From Spirochaetales bacterium (lineage in GTDB: Bacteria > Spirochaetota > Spirochaetia > Sphaerochaetales > Sphaerochaetaceae): 64,000 nt of DNA. The translations under genes and the position numbers were made by a program. Below the pieces are notes generated by a model. That model had not been told where the DNA came from. It was given only the letters and a program-made list of their open reading frames with translations, and did no database searches. The stretch's first letter is position 1, and the number at the start of each line of letters is the position of its first letter. The DNA lies in NCBI GenBank assembly GCA_012523305.1, contig JAAYIV010000141.1, positions 5,161 to 69,160 of the forward strand, given 5' to 3'. This document shows positions 1 through 10,090 of the stretch, piece after piece.

Positions 1-91
1 TATGCCTGGGACGGGACAACGACAGGATAGCTCCAAACACCAAGGCGGAATAGGAAAAAAGATAAAAGGGTTCTTCAAAACGATATTTTAG
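1..91 (+). CDS. ftsA: 3' end of cell-division protein FtsA (partial, enters from window start)
   Basis: Frame 2 reads ...GGIGKKIKGFFKTIF* with TAG at 89-91. This is a short basic amphipathic tail like the FtsA membrane-targeting helix. It lies immediately upstream of ftsZ. Confidence 0.5.
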   Translation, partial: MPGTGQRQDSSKHQGGIGKKIKGFFKTIF

Positions 92-129
92 GCGGATTTG
101 AGTACCAATAATTGTGGAGGTTTACGGCA

Positions 130-1353
130 ATGGATTTCGATATGCTAGACGATCTTTTACGAAATGAACAAACTCCGCCTACAGACATCAAAGTCATAGG
201 AGTCGGAGGCGCTGGTGGCAATGCTGTCAACAGAATGATTGCCAGCGGTTTGAAAAAAGTCACTTTTGTGGCTATGAATACTGATGTCCAGGCTCTCCAG
301 CGGTCCAATGCCCATATTAGAATGCCACTCGGTCGTCATCTGACAGGCGGATTGGGTGCGGGAGGGATTCCTGAAATCGGAGAGAAAGCTGCCCAGGAAT
401 CAAAAGAGGAGATTAAGAAACTGCTTGAAGGTACCGACATGGTCTTTATCACCGCAGGCATGGGGGGAGGGACTGGAACCGGGGGAGCGGCCGTAGTGGC
501 TGAAGTCTCGAGAGAAGTCAATGCGCTTACCGTAGCTGTCGTGACCACTCCATTCGCATTTGAAGGGAAGAAAAAACTTCAATTGGCTCAAGCAGGTATT
601 GAGAAACTCAGAAAACATGTCGATACGCTCATATTGATTCCAAACCAATACTTGCTCAAAGTCGTTGAAAACAATACTCCGATAAAACAAGCATTTCTCA
701 TGGCTGATGATGTGTTGCGCCAAGGCGTCCAGGGAATCAGTGAATTGATTACGGAACCTGGTGAAATCAATATTGACTTTGCTGACGTCAAGACAGTAAT
801 GAAAGGTCGTGGCGATGCCCTTATGGGAATCGGTGTCGGTGAGGGGGCAAGCAGGGCAGTTGATGCGGCTCGTTCTGCTATCAATAACCCGTTGTTGGAA
901 AATGCGACCATCGAGGGCGCGAAATCTGTATTGGTGAACCTCGCTGGCGGAGAAAATCTGACGCTTCAAGAATATCAAGATGTTGTCGAGCTCATCACTG
1001 AAAATTGTGCTGAAGATGCTCTCATCATCGCCGGGCAAGCATATAATCCTGAGCTTGGTGAAAAAATCAAAGTAACTGTCGTCGCTACAGGTTTTGCACG
1101 CAGCACTGATTCGATAAATCAAGAGATTACTGAATTGGATTTTAAGAAACGTCGGTTTGAAGGCCCGATGCCGGAAAAAGCACAAGAGAACCGAGAAAGA
1201 CGACAACCTGTCGACCAAGAAAACAAAGAAGATGTGATCACGGTGAACCGATGGCAGGATTTGCAGCAACAACTCGGAAGCCGTTCCCAATCCAATGATT
1301 TCAGCTTTCCCGCCGTACTGAGGTACCAAAGAGGAGAGAAGGACGAATCCTGA
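130..1353 (+). CDS. ftsZ: Cell division GTPase FtsZ
   Basis: VIGVGGAGGNAVNRM and the tubulin signature AGMGGGTGTGGA are present. ATG 130 is preceded by GGAGG (116-120). The ORF track extends to TTG 112. Confidence 0.95.
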   Translation: MDFDMLDDLLRNEQTPPTDIKVIGVGGAGGNAVNRMIASGLKKVTFVAMNTDVQALQRSNAHIRMPLGRHLTGGLGAGGIPEIGEKAAQESKEEIKKLLEGTDMVFITAGMGGGTGTGGAAVVAEVSREVNALTVAVVTTPFAFEGKKKLQLAQAGIEKLRKHVDTLILIPNQYLLKVVENNTPIKQAFLMADDVLRQGVQGISELITEPGEINIDFADVKTVMKGRGDALMGIGVGEGASRAVDAARSAINNPLLENATIEGAKSVLVNLAGGENLTLQEYQDVVELITENCAEDALIIAGQAYNPELGEKIKVTVVATGFARSTDSINQEITELDFKKRRFEGPMPEKAQENRERRQPVDQENKEDVITVNRWQDLQQQLGSRSQSNDFSFPAVLRYQRGEKDES

Positions 1354-1355
1354 GC

Positions 1356-2285
1356 ATGCCCAAGCAGGTTTCACTTGTATTGCTCGAAGATTATTACGAT
1401 TATCTCATTGTTGAAAGAAGGGTAGCCAAGACGACCGCCGAATCGTATGTGCATCTTGCTAGGGTGCACCTGGAGTATGTGGATACCCATCAGCTGTCCT
1501 GCGATACCGTCAAGATTGAACATATCGCTTCATTTATTGCGGACAGAGCCGAAAATTTGGAGCTTTCCCGGAGAACACAAGCCAAGAACATAAGTGCGTT
1601 GCGATCTTTTTATCGCTTCTTATGTGACAGTGGCGTCCGCGATGATAATCCGGTGAAATTGCTCGATGCTCCGAAAATACCGCTAACTATTCCGAAAGCA
1701 GTCTCCTACGATGCCGTTGATATGTTTCTCGAATCGATAGACGGCCTGGATGATCCCATATTGGCGATTCGGGACCGGGCATTGTTTGAGCTCATCTACT
1801 CGTGCGGACTGAGGGTAAGCGAAGTCTGTTCTCTCAGGGTGGAGGATGTTCGACGACAAGAAAAAGTAGTTCGTATCATCGGGAAAGGTGACAAGGAACG
1901 TGTGGTACCAATCGGAGATATTTCGGTTGAGAAATTGGATGAATACATACGTGATGCCCGATCCGTGCTCGCAGGCAACCATATCCATGAAAAAACATTG
2001 TTTTTAGGCCGTAGAGGAGTGAAGTTAACCCGTGCATTGGTATGGAAACGGTTTAAGCAGTACTGCGCGAAAATCGATTTGGATGCGAAAGTCCATACGT
2101 TAAGGCATTCGTTCGCAACCCACCTTCTCCGTGGAGGAGCTGATTTACGGAGTGTGCAAGAATTATTGGGGCATAGCGATATACGGACCACTCAAATCTA
2201 TACCCATACGACAACAGATGATCTGCGAACCGCTTTTGATCAATTTCATCCGGGTGCACATCCCGAAAAAACAGAAGCAGAATGA
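1356..2285 (+). CDS. Tyrosine site-specific recombinase, XerC/XerD family
   Basis: 309 aa. Catalytic C-terminus HTLRHSFATHLLRGGADLRSVQELLGHSDIRTTQIYTH and the box I region LFELIYSCGLRVSE are present. I cannot resolve C versus D by eye. Confidence 0.85.
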   Translation: MPKQVSLVLLEDYYDYLIVERRVAKTTAESYVHLARVHLEYVDTHQLSCDTVKIEHIASFIADRAENLELSRRTQAKNISALRSFYRFLCDSGVRDDNPVKLLDAPKIPLTIPKAVSYDAVDMFLESIDGLDDPILAIRDRALFELIYSCGLRVSEVCSLRVEDVRRQEKVVRIIGKGDKERVVPIGDISVEKLDEYIRDARSVLAGNHIHEKTLFLGRRGVKLTRALVWKRFKQYCAKIDLDAKVHTLRHSFATHLLRGGADLRSVQELLGHSDIRTTQIYTHTTTDDLRTAFDQFHPGAHPEKTEAE

Positions 2286-2309
2286 CAGATGCTTTTATAT
2301 GTTTGATGT

Positions 2310-3260
2310 ATGGAAGCATTTTATTCGAACCTCTTCGTGGCTTGCATTTCGGATCTCCAGCCGACCGAACGATGTATTTTAGCAAACTATCACACCGGAT
2401 GGCACCTTGATTTCAGTACCGCTGCACGATTGACAAGACAGCTTTTCGATAAAGAAATCGATTGGCAAATGGCAAAGTCCGCCTTCCAAAAAACATGTGC
2501 TTGGCTAGAGCATGTTGAGAATGCCCACGTAGTTTTCGTAGACCAGATTATTTATCCTCCGCTGTTGCGGTTGGTACACGATCCGCCGTTCGCCTTATTT
2601 TACAAAGGAGAGCTTCCGGATCCGGAAATACCGGTACTCGCACTTTGCGGCGACAATACCCCAACATGGGAATCGTTGTTAGCATCATATGTATTTGTCA
2701 GGGAGTTGCCCACATCAGGGGTAAGAATCGCCACTACATACGCGAATGGTGTCGATAAAAGCGTTCATAGGGCAGCGCTTGATGCACATATTTCTTCGTT
2801 ATTGATATTAGATAAAGGTATTGAAATCCTTCATCCCATAGCAAGAGACAAGGTGCTGGAGAGTTGTGGATGTGTTGTGAGCGAATACCATCCGTACTGT
2901 CAATGGAGAAAACGATACAGGTATGAACATAGTAGGGTGTTGGTCGGCATAGCGGCTTCATTATTATTATTCCAGGTCTCCTTGAAATCCCTCTGTTACC
3001 AACAAGCTCTCTTTGCCCTGGACCATGGCCGTGAAATATATGTCCATCCGGTGAGTTTGGAAGAACAGCGTGCAAATGGCAGTAGAAGATTAGTTTCAGA
3101 GGGAGCCCAGGTAGTCGGTTCCTATCGTGAATTGTTAGCTGCTTGTCCTTGGAATTTCCCAAACTACCAGCATTTCAATCCACTTCGCGGACAAACATCG
3201 CCGATTAATGGTATACTGGATATATGGCAAGTGTCGGAGAACTCAACCGTGAGGCTGTAG
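2310..3260 (+). CDS. Divergent DprA/Smf-like DNA-processing protein
   Basis: PPFALFYKGELP, then YANGVDKSVHRAAL (compare RGID..AH..AL), LLILDKGIEILHP, VVSEY and ALDHGREIYVHP follow the DprA Rossmann-domain order. Several conserved positions are substituted. It lies upstream of xerC-hslVU. Confidence 0.5.
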   Translation: MEAFYSNLFVACISDLQPTERCILANYHTGWHLDFSTAARLTRQLFDKEIDWQMAKSAFQKTCAWLEHVENAHVVFVDQIIYPPLLRLVHDPPFALFYKGELPDPEIPVLALCGDNTPTWESLLASYVFVRELPTSGVRIATTYANGVDKSVHRAALDAHISSLLILDKGIEILHPIARDKVLESCGCVVSEYHPYCQWRKRYRYEHSRVLVGIAASLLLFQVSLKSLCYQQALFALDHGREIYVHPVSLEEQRANGSRRLVSEGAQVVGSYRELLAACPWNFPNYQHFNPLRGQTSPINGILDIWQVSENSTVRL

Positions 3261-4138
3261 ATCAATATCTCGACTATATCGCATCGGTAAGGCTTCTTTC
3301 ATCCAAGACTGTCCGATCATACGAAAATGACCTCAGGAAGCTAGAGTTATTTCTGAATGAACGCTCAATTCCCATATACGAGATAACCCATGAAGATGCC
3401 CGTAGATTTGCTGCATCACTTATGACTGGAGCTTATAAAGAAACCTCAATCAACCGATTTCTTGCTGCTGCGAGGGGATTCTATCGCCATGCCTACATAA
3501 TGGAAAAATGTACGTATGATCCGTTCGAGCGGATCAGCAGTCAAAAACGTGGCCGACGATTGCCATCGGTATTGACCTTGGAAGAAGTACGTTCCGTAAT
3601 CAATCAAATTCCTACTGATTTTATTTCTCTTCGTGACATTTTGATGTTCAATATCTTTTACTGTACCGGTTGCAGGCTTTCGGAATTGTTGGATATTCGT
3701 ACGGACACTATTGAATACGATCAGAAAAGAATTTTGGTTCATGGTAAAGGCGATAAGGATCGCTACGTATTCCTAACCGAAACTGTCGTTACGATGATTC
3801 ATCGATATCTTGAACAACGTTCGTCATTCTACGGATATTCGATTGCCTCATCGAAATTACTCTTTATAAATCATTTTGGTAAGAGGTTGTCGCCTTCGAG
3901 CGTACATAGTATCTTTAGAAAGTACCAGTTGAAACTTGGAATCAACAAGCGATTCACCCCCCATGTGTTTAGGCATTCTTTTGCCACCCATATGCTGGAC
4001 AATGATTCGGGTATCCGTGTTGTTCAGGAGTTGCTGGGACACGCATCGATCTCGACCACGCAAATATATTCGCATGTGTCGAACGAAAGGCTCAAACGTG
4101 TGTATGAATCGTGTCATCCGCACGGAAGGAAAAAATGA
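3224..4138 (+). CDS. xerC: Tyrosine recombinase XerC (CodV-like)
   Basis: 304 aa. [38 protein letters not shown] and [13 protein letters not shown] are present. It lies directly upstream of hslV-hslU, as codV does in Firmicutes. It overlaps the dprA-like ORF by 37 nt. Confidence 0.85.
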   Translation: MASVGELNREAVDQYLDYIASVRLLSSKTVRSYENDLRKLELFLNERSIPIYEITHEDARRFAASLMTGAYKETSINRFLAAARGFYRHAYIMEKCTYDPFERISSQKRGRRLPSVLTLEEVRSVINQIPTDFISLRDILMFNIFYCTGCRLSELLDIRTDTIEYDQKRILVHGKGDKDRYVFLTETVVTMIHRYLEQRSSFYGYSIASSKLLFINHFGKRLSPSSVHSIFRKYQLKLGINKRFTPHVFRHSFATHMLDNDSGIRVVQELLGHASISTTQIYSHVSNERLKRVYESCHPHGRKK

Positions 4139-4683
4139 ACATGGCATTCAGAGGTACAACGATAATTGCAGTAAAACGAAATGGCGTAGTTGCAATTGCC
4201 GGAGATGGACAGGTAACCGCGGGGGACGCGGTGATGAAAGGTAACGCCAGGAAAATTCGTAAAATGTTGGATGGAAAGATCATATCTGGATTCGCCGGCG
4301 CTACTGCCGATGCCTTTACGCTTTCAGAGGTAATTGAGAAACATCTAAAGAAATATAACGGGGATTTGACTCGAGCTGCCGTCGAAATGGCAAAGGAATG
4401 GAGGATGGATCGTAACCTTCGTAAGCTCGAAGCGATGATTCTTATTACTGATGGCAATAAGATTTTCCTCATTTCCGGTGTCGGGGATGTTCTCGAACCC
4501 GAATACGATACGATTGCGATAGGTTCGGGCGGTAATTATGCTTTTGCAGCGGCACGGGCATATCTTGAATCATCGGACTTTAGCGCAACTGAGATCGCAC
4601 GCAAATCACTGGAAATAGCAGCAGACATTTGCATATACACAAATAACACAATTTTAGTTGAAGAGGTACAAGGAACCAAATGA
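4135..4683 (+). CDS. hslV: ATP-dependent protease subunit HslV (ClpQ)
   Basis: [22 protein letters not shown] and [10 protein letters not shown] are present. ATG 4135 overlaps the xerC stop (ATGA) and follows GGAAGGA. ATG 4141 is an alternative start. Confidence 0.9.
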   Translation: MNMAFRGTTIIAVKRNGVVAIAGDGQVTAGDAVMKGNARKIRKMLDGKIISGFAGATADAFTLSEVIEKHLKKYNGDLTRAAVEMAKEWRMDRNLRKLEAMILITDGNKIFLISGVGDVLEPEYDTIAIGSGGNYAFAAARAYLESSDFSATEIARKSLEIAADICIYTNNTILVEEVQGTK

Positions 4684-6053
4684 GACTTGATGAATTGACT
4701 CCTGCACAAATCGTTCAGGAATTAGATAAGTATATAATCGGACAGGATCAAGCAAAAAGAACCGTGGCGATCGCGTTAAGAAATCGGGCAAGACGTAAAC
4801 GACTACCCGAATCGATTCGTGATGAAGTATCCCCTAAAAATATCATAATGATCGGTCCGACAGGTGTGGGAAAGACAGAAATTGCCAGACGGATCGCAAA
4901 ATTGGCGAACACGCCTTTCATCAAGGTCGAGGCAACCAAATATACCGAAGTAGGGTACGTGGGTCGAGACGTTGAATCCATGGTCCGTGACTTGATGGGT
5001 ACGGCTGTCCAGATGGTAAAGAAGGAAATGGCTGAAAGTCGAAAAACCCAGGTCGACAAACGGGTCGAGGAACGTTTGCTTGATATGTTGCTCCCTTCAA
5101 CCGGAACACAAGTTAAATCAAATCCTTCGGAACCAGGTTCGATGGGAACTGAATTGAGTGAAGCTTCGTTGACGACCAGAGATAAATTCAGGAAATTGCT
5201 ATCAGAAGGAAGGTTTGATGACAGGGAAGTCGAACTTGTGGTGCACGGCCGTCAAAATGTACAAGGCATTGAGCTTTTAGCAGGAAACAGCTTGGAAGAT
5301 TTGGAAAACACTATTCAGAATCTCGGGAGTATTTTCGGTGGCAAGCCAAAAAGAAGAAAAGTATCAATCAAACGTGCCAGGGAGTTGATTACCGAAGAAG
5401 AGATGGAGAAAAGCGTCGATCAGGAACGGGTAGTTGAAATTGCCAAGGAACAAGTCGAACAGATGGGCATCATCTTTATTGATGAGATCGATAAGATAGC
5501 CAGCACAAAGCAGTCGATGTCAAGCGGTCCCGACGTTTCAAGGGAAGGTGTGCAACGTGACATTCTTCCAATTGTAGAAGGAAGTAAGATTTCAACAAAA
5601 TGGGGTATGGTCGATACGACACACATTCTTTTCATCGCCGCTGGAGCGTTCCATGTTTCGAAACCGTCCGATTTGATTCCCGAATTGCAAGGAAGATTCC
5701 CGTTGAGAGTGGAATTATCGGAATTGACGAGCGAAGATTTCGAACGAATTCTCAAAGAACCTGAGAATGCGATCATCAAACAGTATATTGAGTTGATGCG
5801 AACAGAAAATGTCGAATTGATTTTTTCTGAAAATGCATTGAAGACCATCAGCGACATCGCCTATAAAGTGAATTCGACAACTGAGAATATCGGTGCGAGA
5901 AGATTGTACACCATCATGGAACGGTTGCTTGAGGATATTTCTTTCAAAGCCGATGAATTAAGCGGTCAAACAGTAACAGTTACACCACAATATGTGGAAG
6001 AACGTCTGAGTGGTATAATTGAGAACGAGGATCTCAGTCGTTATATTCTCTAA
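4680..6053 (+). CDS. hslU: ATP-dependent protease ATPase subunit HslU (ClpY)
   Basis: [21 protein letters not shown], Walker [16 protein letters not shown] and Walker [11 protein letters not shown] are present. It overlaps hslV by 4 nt. Confidence 0.95.
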   Translation: MRLDELTPAQIVQELDKYIIGQDQAKRTVAIALRNRARRKRLPESIRDEVSPKNIIMIGPTGVGKTEIARRIAKLANTPFIKVEATKYTEVGYVGRDVESMVRDLMGTAVQMVKKEMAESRKTQVDKRVEERLLDMLLPSTGTQVKSNPSEPGSMGTELSEASLTTRDKFRKLLSEGRFDDREVELVVHGRQNVQGIELLAGNSLEDLENTIQNLGSIFGGKPKRRKVSIKRARELITEEEMEKSVDQERVVEIAKEQVEQMGIIFIDEIDKIASTKQSMSSGPDVSREGVQRDILPIVEGSKISTKWGMVDTTHILFIAAGAFHVSKPSDLIPELQGRFPLRVELSELTSEDFERILKEPENAIIKQYIELMRTENVELIFSENALKTISDIAYKVNSTTENIGARRLYTIMERLLEDISFKADELSGQTVTVTPQYVEERLSGIIENEDLSRYIL

Positions 6054-6073
6054 GGGGCACATGGGGGCTAGGG

Positions 6074-7273
6074 ATGAAATATGTTACCATTTCCGCCGAA
6101 AACTATGATGAGGCTGTGCAACGGGCACGAAAAGAATATGGATCGTCTATAAGGATCCATAGCCGGCGTGATTTGACAGTGAGGGGAGGGTTTTTGTGGT
6201 TAGGCAAAAAATCCCGGGTTGAAATAACATGCTACCTTCCCGATGCCAGCATATCGTTCCCCTGGCAAAAAGAAGAGATTGTTCGGGATATGGTGATCCA
6301 ACCTGAACAACAATCGATCGCTGAACCTGAACCTATTGAAACGGAAAAGATCGTAGAAAAGGAGCTTGAAGCTGTTGAACAACCGGCGATCAATGAAGTG
6401 AAGGTTCAAAATGCCTATGATCATTATGTTGACCAAACATCAAAAATCCTACAACTAAATGGATTCTCACCTTGGTTTTCACAACGAGTAATGCAATCTC
6501 TGCAAGTTGAACTGGAACACCTGAGCATCTCCGACGTACCCCAAGAAGAATTTGAATTGATGCTCATTGATAAAATCATCTCACAAATTTCAATTGACAG
6601 GGAACTGCAACTTCATCCGAAACGTATTTGCGTAGTCATGGGACCTACCGGTGCAGGCAAGACCACGACGATTGCTAAAATGGCAGCGCTATACGGGTTG
6701 CAGCAACGGGAAGAATTGAAACGCAATGTCAAATTAGTCACTATCGATACATTTCGAATCGGTGCGTATGAGCAGATGGCTTCATTTTCAGAAGCCCTTG
6801 GCATTCAAGCATTTAAAGTAATGGATGAAGAAGATTTTACCGCTATCCTTTCTGATTATGAAGAGAAGGAGCTGATTTTGGTGGATACGATCGGACGAAG
6901 TCCAAAGGACACGGAATTGGCCATCAGGATGAAATCACTTCTCGGGGTGTTGAAATCTGAAGAATCCGCTGTTTTGTTGGCATTGGGTGCTACTATGAAA
7001 AGCAAGGATTTGGAAAAAACCATCGAAGCTTATGCACCGTTCTCGCTTCGGGCGGCCATCATAACCAAAACCGACGAGACAGATTCGATCGGTGAGGTAT
7101 TAAGTGTTTGTGCCGAGCACCAGATTCCGTTATTATTCATCACCGATGGTCAGAAAGTTCCGAAAGATATTCATAAAGCATCCGCAGCTTCCATCTTGTC
7201 CTTGTTACAAGGTTTTTCGTTGGATTTCGCCAGTCTTTGGGCAACTCAGATCGATGTTGAAGATCAATCATAG
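6074..7273 (+). CDS. flhF: FlhF-type SRP-family GTPase (flagellar biosynthesis regulator-like)
   Basis: The N-terminal B-domain-like MKYVTISAENYDEAVQRARKEYG is present. G-motifs are GPTGAGKTTTIAKMAA, DTIGRS, ITKTDET and FITDGQKVPKDI. The real Ffh is elsewhere, at 37028. Confidence 0.7.
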   Translation: MKYVTISAENYDEAVQRARKEYGSSIRIHSRRDLTVRGGFLWLGKKSRVEITCYLPDASISFPWQKEEIVRDMVIQPEQQSIAEPEPIETEKIVEKELEAVEQPAINEVKVQNAYDHYVDQTSKILQLNGFSPWFSQRVMQSLQVELEHLSISDVPQEEFELMLIDKIISQISIDRELQLHPKRICVVMGPTGAGKTTTIAKMAALYGLQQREELKRNVKLVTIDTFRIGAYEQMASFSEALGIQAFKVMDEEDFTAILSDYEEKELILVDTIGRSPKDTELAIRMKSLLGVLKSEESAVLLALGATMKSKDLEKTIEAYAPFSLRAAIITKTDETDSIGEVLSVCAEHQIPLLFITDGQKVPKDIHKASAASILSLLQGFSLDFASLWATQIDVEDQS

Positions 7274-8941
7274 CATAATTTTCTCAGTGGTATCAGAGAA
7301 CAATTTTCCTTGCCGTAATAGGCCTTTGATAATCTGTGCAATCGCGGGACCAGCAATATTACTTCCCCAAATCGTGCTCCCTTTTGGATTGACTACTGCG
7401 ATATAAACGATATATTGTGGGTCTTCCACGGGAAATATTGACAAGGTACTCGCCAAGAAATTACTGCTATCATAACTATTCGTTTCTTCATCAAGAATTT
7501 GAGCGGTTCCCGTTTTACTTGCTATCCTGACGCCTTCAATCGCAGTCAATCGAGCTGTTCCCCCCGGTTCGGTCGCCGTCTCCATATAATGGAGGATGTT
7601 TTCGGCGGTAGTTTCGCTCAAGACACGCGTAGTAGAACGTGGCACAACAACATCTGGATTCACTTTTCCATCGTGTGAATGGACAGAACGGATAATTGAT
7701 GGACTGACCAGTACCCCTTTATTTGCTATGGCAGTCGCAGCGCTGGCCATCTGAAGGGCCGTGACTCCGATTTCCTGGCCGAAGGCGATAGTCGGTTTGC
7801 TGCGACCCGACCAAGAGCTCGCCGGTTGAAGCAATCCTCTGATTTCTCCCCGCAATCCGATATTCCACGTTGACCCGAAATGCAGAGCCTCCAGAGTGGA
7901 CCTGAACAATGTATCTTCAGTCTGTAGAGCCCAATTTGCTATCGCTCCATTGCATGAAAACTTAATCATCTCAGACGGCGTGATATCTCCATGTGCTGAA
8001 ACACAATTGATGGTAACCGGTGTTCCGCCTGCCGTATGGAATGTAAAAGATCCGTCACAATGAAATACTGTGGACACATCGGCTTGGTTGGCTTGTAAAA
8101 CCGATGCCAGACTGAATACCTTAAAGACAGAACCGGGTTCGTACATGTACGTGACAATCCGGTTTTGGCGCTGTTCGATCGATGAGGTCTGGTATGAATT
8201 CGGATCATACCAGGGAAAGGTCGTTGCAGCTAGGATTTCTCCTGTTTTCGCACCCATGATGATTCCGATCACATAATCGCCAAAATGCTGACTATCGATT
8301 TCAACCGCTTGTCCATCCAAGAGATATTGGATATCCATATCGAGTGTAAGTTGGATGTCATTGCCGTAGGTAACTTGCTTATCAAGTGAAGGATACGGCG
8401 ATAGGATATCATTGTATTGTAATTCCAAACCTTCGATCCCCTGGTTATCCGCGTTAGTAAATCCGATGATTTGAGCTGCGTGGTAGTGTTGCGGGAAACT
8501 TCTTCCATAGCGTTTTTCGATCACCACAGAACCAAGGTTATGTCTGGCTATAATTTCTGATAACGCAGCTCTCTCGTCATCGCTGAGGTACCGTTTGATC
8601 AGCGCGTAACTTGAATAATGTTTCGTGATCTCTATTATCTGTTCAGGGTCCATATGTAAAGGATCTGCAATCAGATTGGCAACAGACTGGAGATCTTTCA
8701 CTGATTTTAATAATAAAGCACAAGACCAATATGGAGTTTCCATCGCAAGGATTCTTCCGTTTCGATCGGTGATGGTTCCTCGGACGACCTGTGTTGATAC
8801 GACCGGATCATGGTAGGTTTTTTTTTCGCTTTCTGTTGCAGAAACAAGAATAAATACGATGCGTACGCACAAAATTAGCGCAAATACCAAAGTTATAGCA
8901 AAGAAGACACGATCCGATGTATGATTTGGTCTGGATACCAT
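7268..8941 (-). CDS. Class B penicillin-binding protein (PBP2/FtsI-type D,D-transpeptidase)
   Basis: It has an N-terminal membrane anchor. Transpeptidase motifs are SxxK (GSVFKV), SxN (SCNG) and KTG (SKTGTA). Confidence 0.85.
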   Translation of the reverse strand: MVSRPNHTSDRVFFAITLVFALILCVRIVFILVSATESEKKTYHDPVVSTQVVRGTITDRNGRILAMETPYWSCALLLKSVKDLQSVANLIADPLHMDPEQIIEITKHYSSYALIKRYLSDDERAALSEIIARHNLGSVVIEKRYGRSFPQHYHAAQIIGFTNADNQGIEGLELQYNDILSPYPSLDKQVTYGNDIQLTLDMDIQYLLDGQAVEIDSQHFGDYVIGIIMGAKTGEILAATTFPWYDPNSYQTSSIEQRQNRIVTYMYEPGSVFKVFSLASVLQANQADVSTVFHCDGSFTFHTAGGTPVTINCVSAHGDITPSEMIKFSCNGAIANWALQTEDTLFRSTLEALHFGSTWNIGLRGEIRGLLQPASSWSGRSKPTIAFGQEIGVTALQMASAATAIANKGVLVSPSIIRSVHSHDGKVNPDVVVPRSTTRVLSETTAENILHYMETATEPGGTARLTAIEGVRIASKTGTAQILDEETNSYDSSNFLASTLSIFPVEDPQYIVYIAVVNPKGSTIWGSNIAGPAIAQIIKGLLRQGKLFSDTTEKIML

Positions 8942-8995
8942 GTTGATGTTATAGTAATATGTATTCAGTTTGAATGTCGAGAGTGAGTAGTGCAG

Positions 8996-10084
8996 ATGGG
9001 TTATAAGGATAGAAATTCATACGATGATATGGGAACCAGCCATTCTCGCCGCGACGGATCTTCGAAAAGCCGTACAGGCAGTAAGGCCGTGGTTATCGGT
9101 GTGGTCTTGTTGGGAGTGGCTATTTGCATAGCTGTCATCTTCGTATGGCTTCAACTGTTCCCTACCGATACGACCGAACAGAACGGCACGCCTGATTTGG
9201 TTCTTGACACAACGCCCGTGACACAAAGCGAACAACATGTTCCGGAAGTCGAAAACGAAACTCCGAAAGCTGACACGCTCTCGAGAGCTCCGAGTGTCCC
9301 CACGCCAACTCCAGCTGCCGTTTACACGCCTGCGCAGACAGAAAGTAATCCGAACGCCATCGTGTTCAAGCAACATGCCGTGAAAGAGGGCGAGACTATC
9401 GAAACCATTGCTGAACAGTATGAAATCACGAAAGAAACGTTATTAAGCGTAAACCCGATACGAAACATCAGTGCGCTGCGTCCAGGAGAGGAACTTACAA
9501 TACCAGACCGCGATGGCCAGATGTATGTGGTCCAATCCGGAGATTCGTTATCAATTATTACGAGCCGTTTCAATCCTACTCTCGGTTGGAAAACTCTTCA
9601 GGAAATAAACGGACTTAAATCAGAAGTGATCTATCCGGGGCAAAAATTATTCATACCGAGCGTGAAAATTGAAGCCGAAGGTTCGTTTGCGACCTTTGAC
9701 CGTTTCGTTCGACCTGCTACGGGTAGAATTATTGGCCTGTACGGGCAAACGGTCCGTTATGGAAAGAGTGAGGATCCGGTTGTTCTCCAAGGACTGTGGA
9801 TTGAGGGTTCCGAGGGTACTCAAGTAATTGCTTCAGCTACAGGTGTCGTTGTCGATGCCGGTCATGAAACCGATGGACTCGGCAGGTTTGTCGTTCTATC
9901 CCATGCGAACGGATATAGGACTATCTATGGCCATTTGGCATCGGTATCTGTGAAAGTAGGGGATCAAGTACAACAAAGCGATACTATCGGCACCATCGGA
10001 AATTCGGGAAATATCGAACAGACATTGCTCTATTTCTCACTCGAACAACAAGGAACCGCCCTCAATCCGGCAAACTTCTTCTAG
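8996..10084 (+). CDS. Membrane-anchored LysM-domain M23 metallopeptidase
   Basis: It has a TM segment, a Pro/Thr-rich linker and two LysM-like repeats (GETIETIAEQYEI..., GDSLSIITSRF...). The M23 motif is HANGYRTIYGHL...GTIGNSGN. GTG 8990 is an alternative start. Confidence 0.85.
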   Translation: MGYKDRNSYDDMGTSHSRRDGSSKSRTGSKAVVIGVVLLGVAICIAVIFVWLQLFPTDTTEQNGTPDLVLDTTPVTQSEQHVPEVENETPKADTLSRAPSVPTPTPAAVYTPAQTESNPNAIVFKQHAVKEGETIETIAEQYEITKETLLSVNPIRNISALRPGEELTIPDRDGQMYVVQSGDSLSIITSRFNPTLGWKTLQEINGLKSEVIYPGQKLFIPSVKIEAEGSFATFDRFVRPATGRIIGLYGQTVRYGKSEDPVVLQGLWIEGSEGTQVIASATGVVVDAGHETDGLGRFVVLSHANGYRTIYGHLASVSVKVGDQVQQSDTIGTIGNSGNIEQTLLYFSLEQQGTALNPANFF

Positions 10085-10090
10085 ATTTTA

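Noticed and set aside
400-1374. A 324-aa ORF antisense to almost the whole of ftsZ.
   Set aside because: It is fully contained in, and opposite to, an unmistakable ftsZ. It has low-complexity, Ser/Phe/Leu-rich composition with no motifs. This is a typical stop-codon-poor antisense frame of a conserved gene.
1356-4138. Two tyrosine recombinases flanking one gene, which could be an integrative mobile element or integron-like cassette.
   Set aside because: Both are Xer-sized (~300 aa) with Xer-type C-terminal motifs. The dprA...xerC-hslV-hslU order is a known conserved chromosomal synteny (codV-clpQ-clpY). I saw no flanking direct repeats, att-like sites, cargo genes or compositional break.
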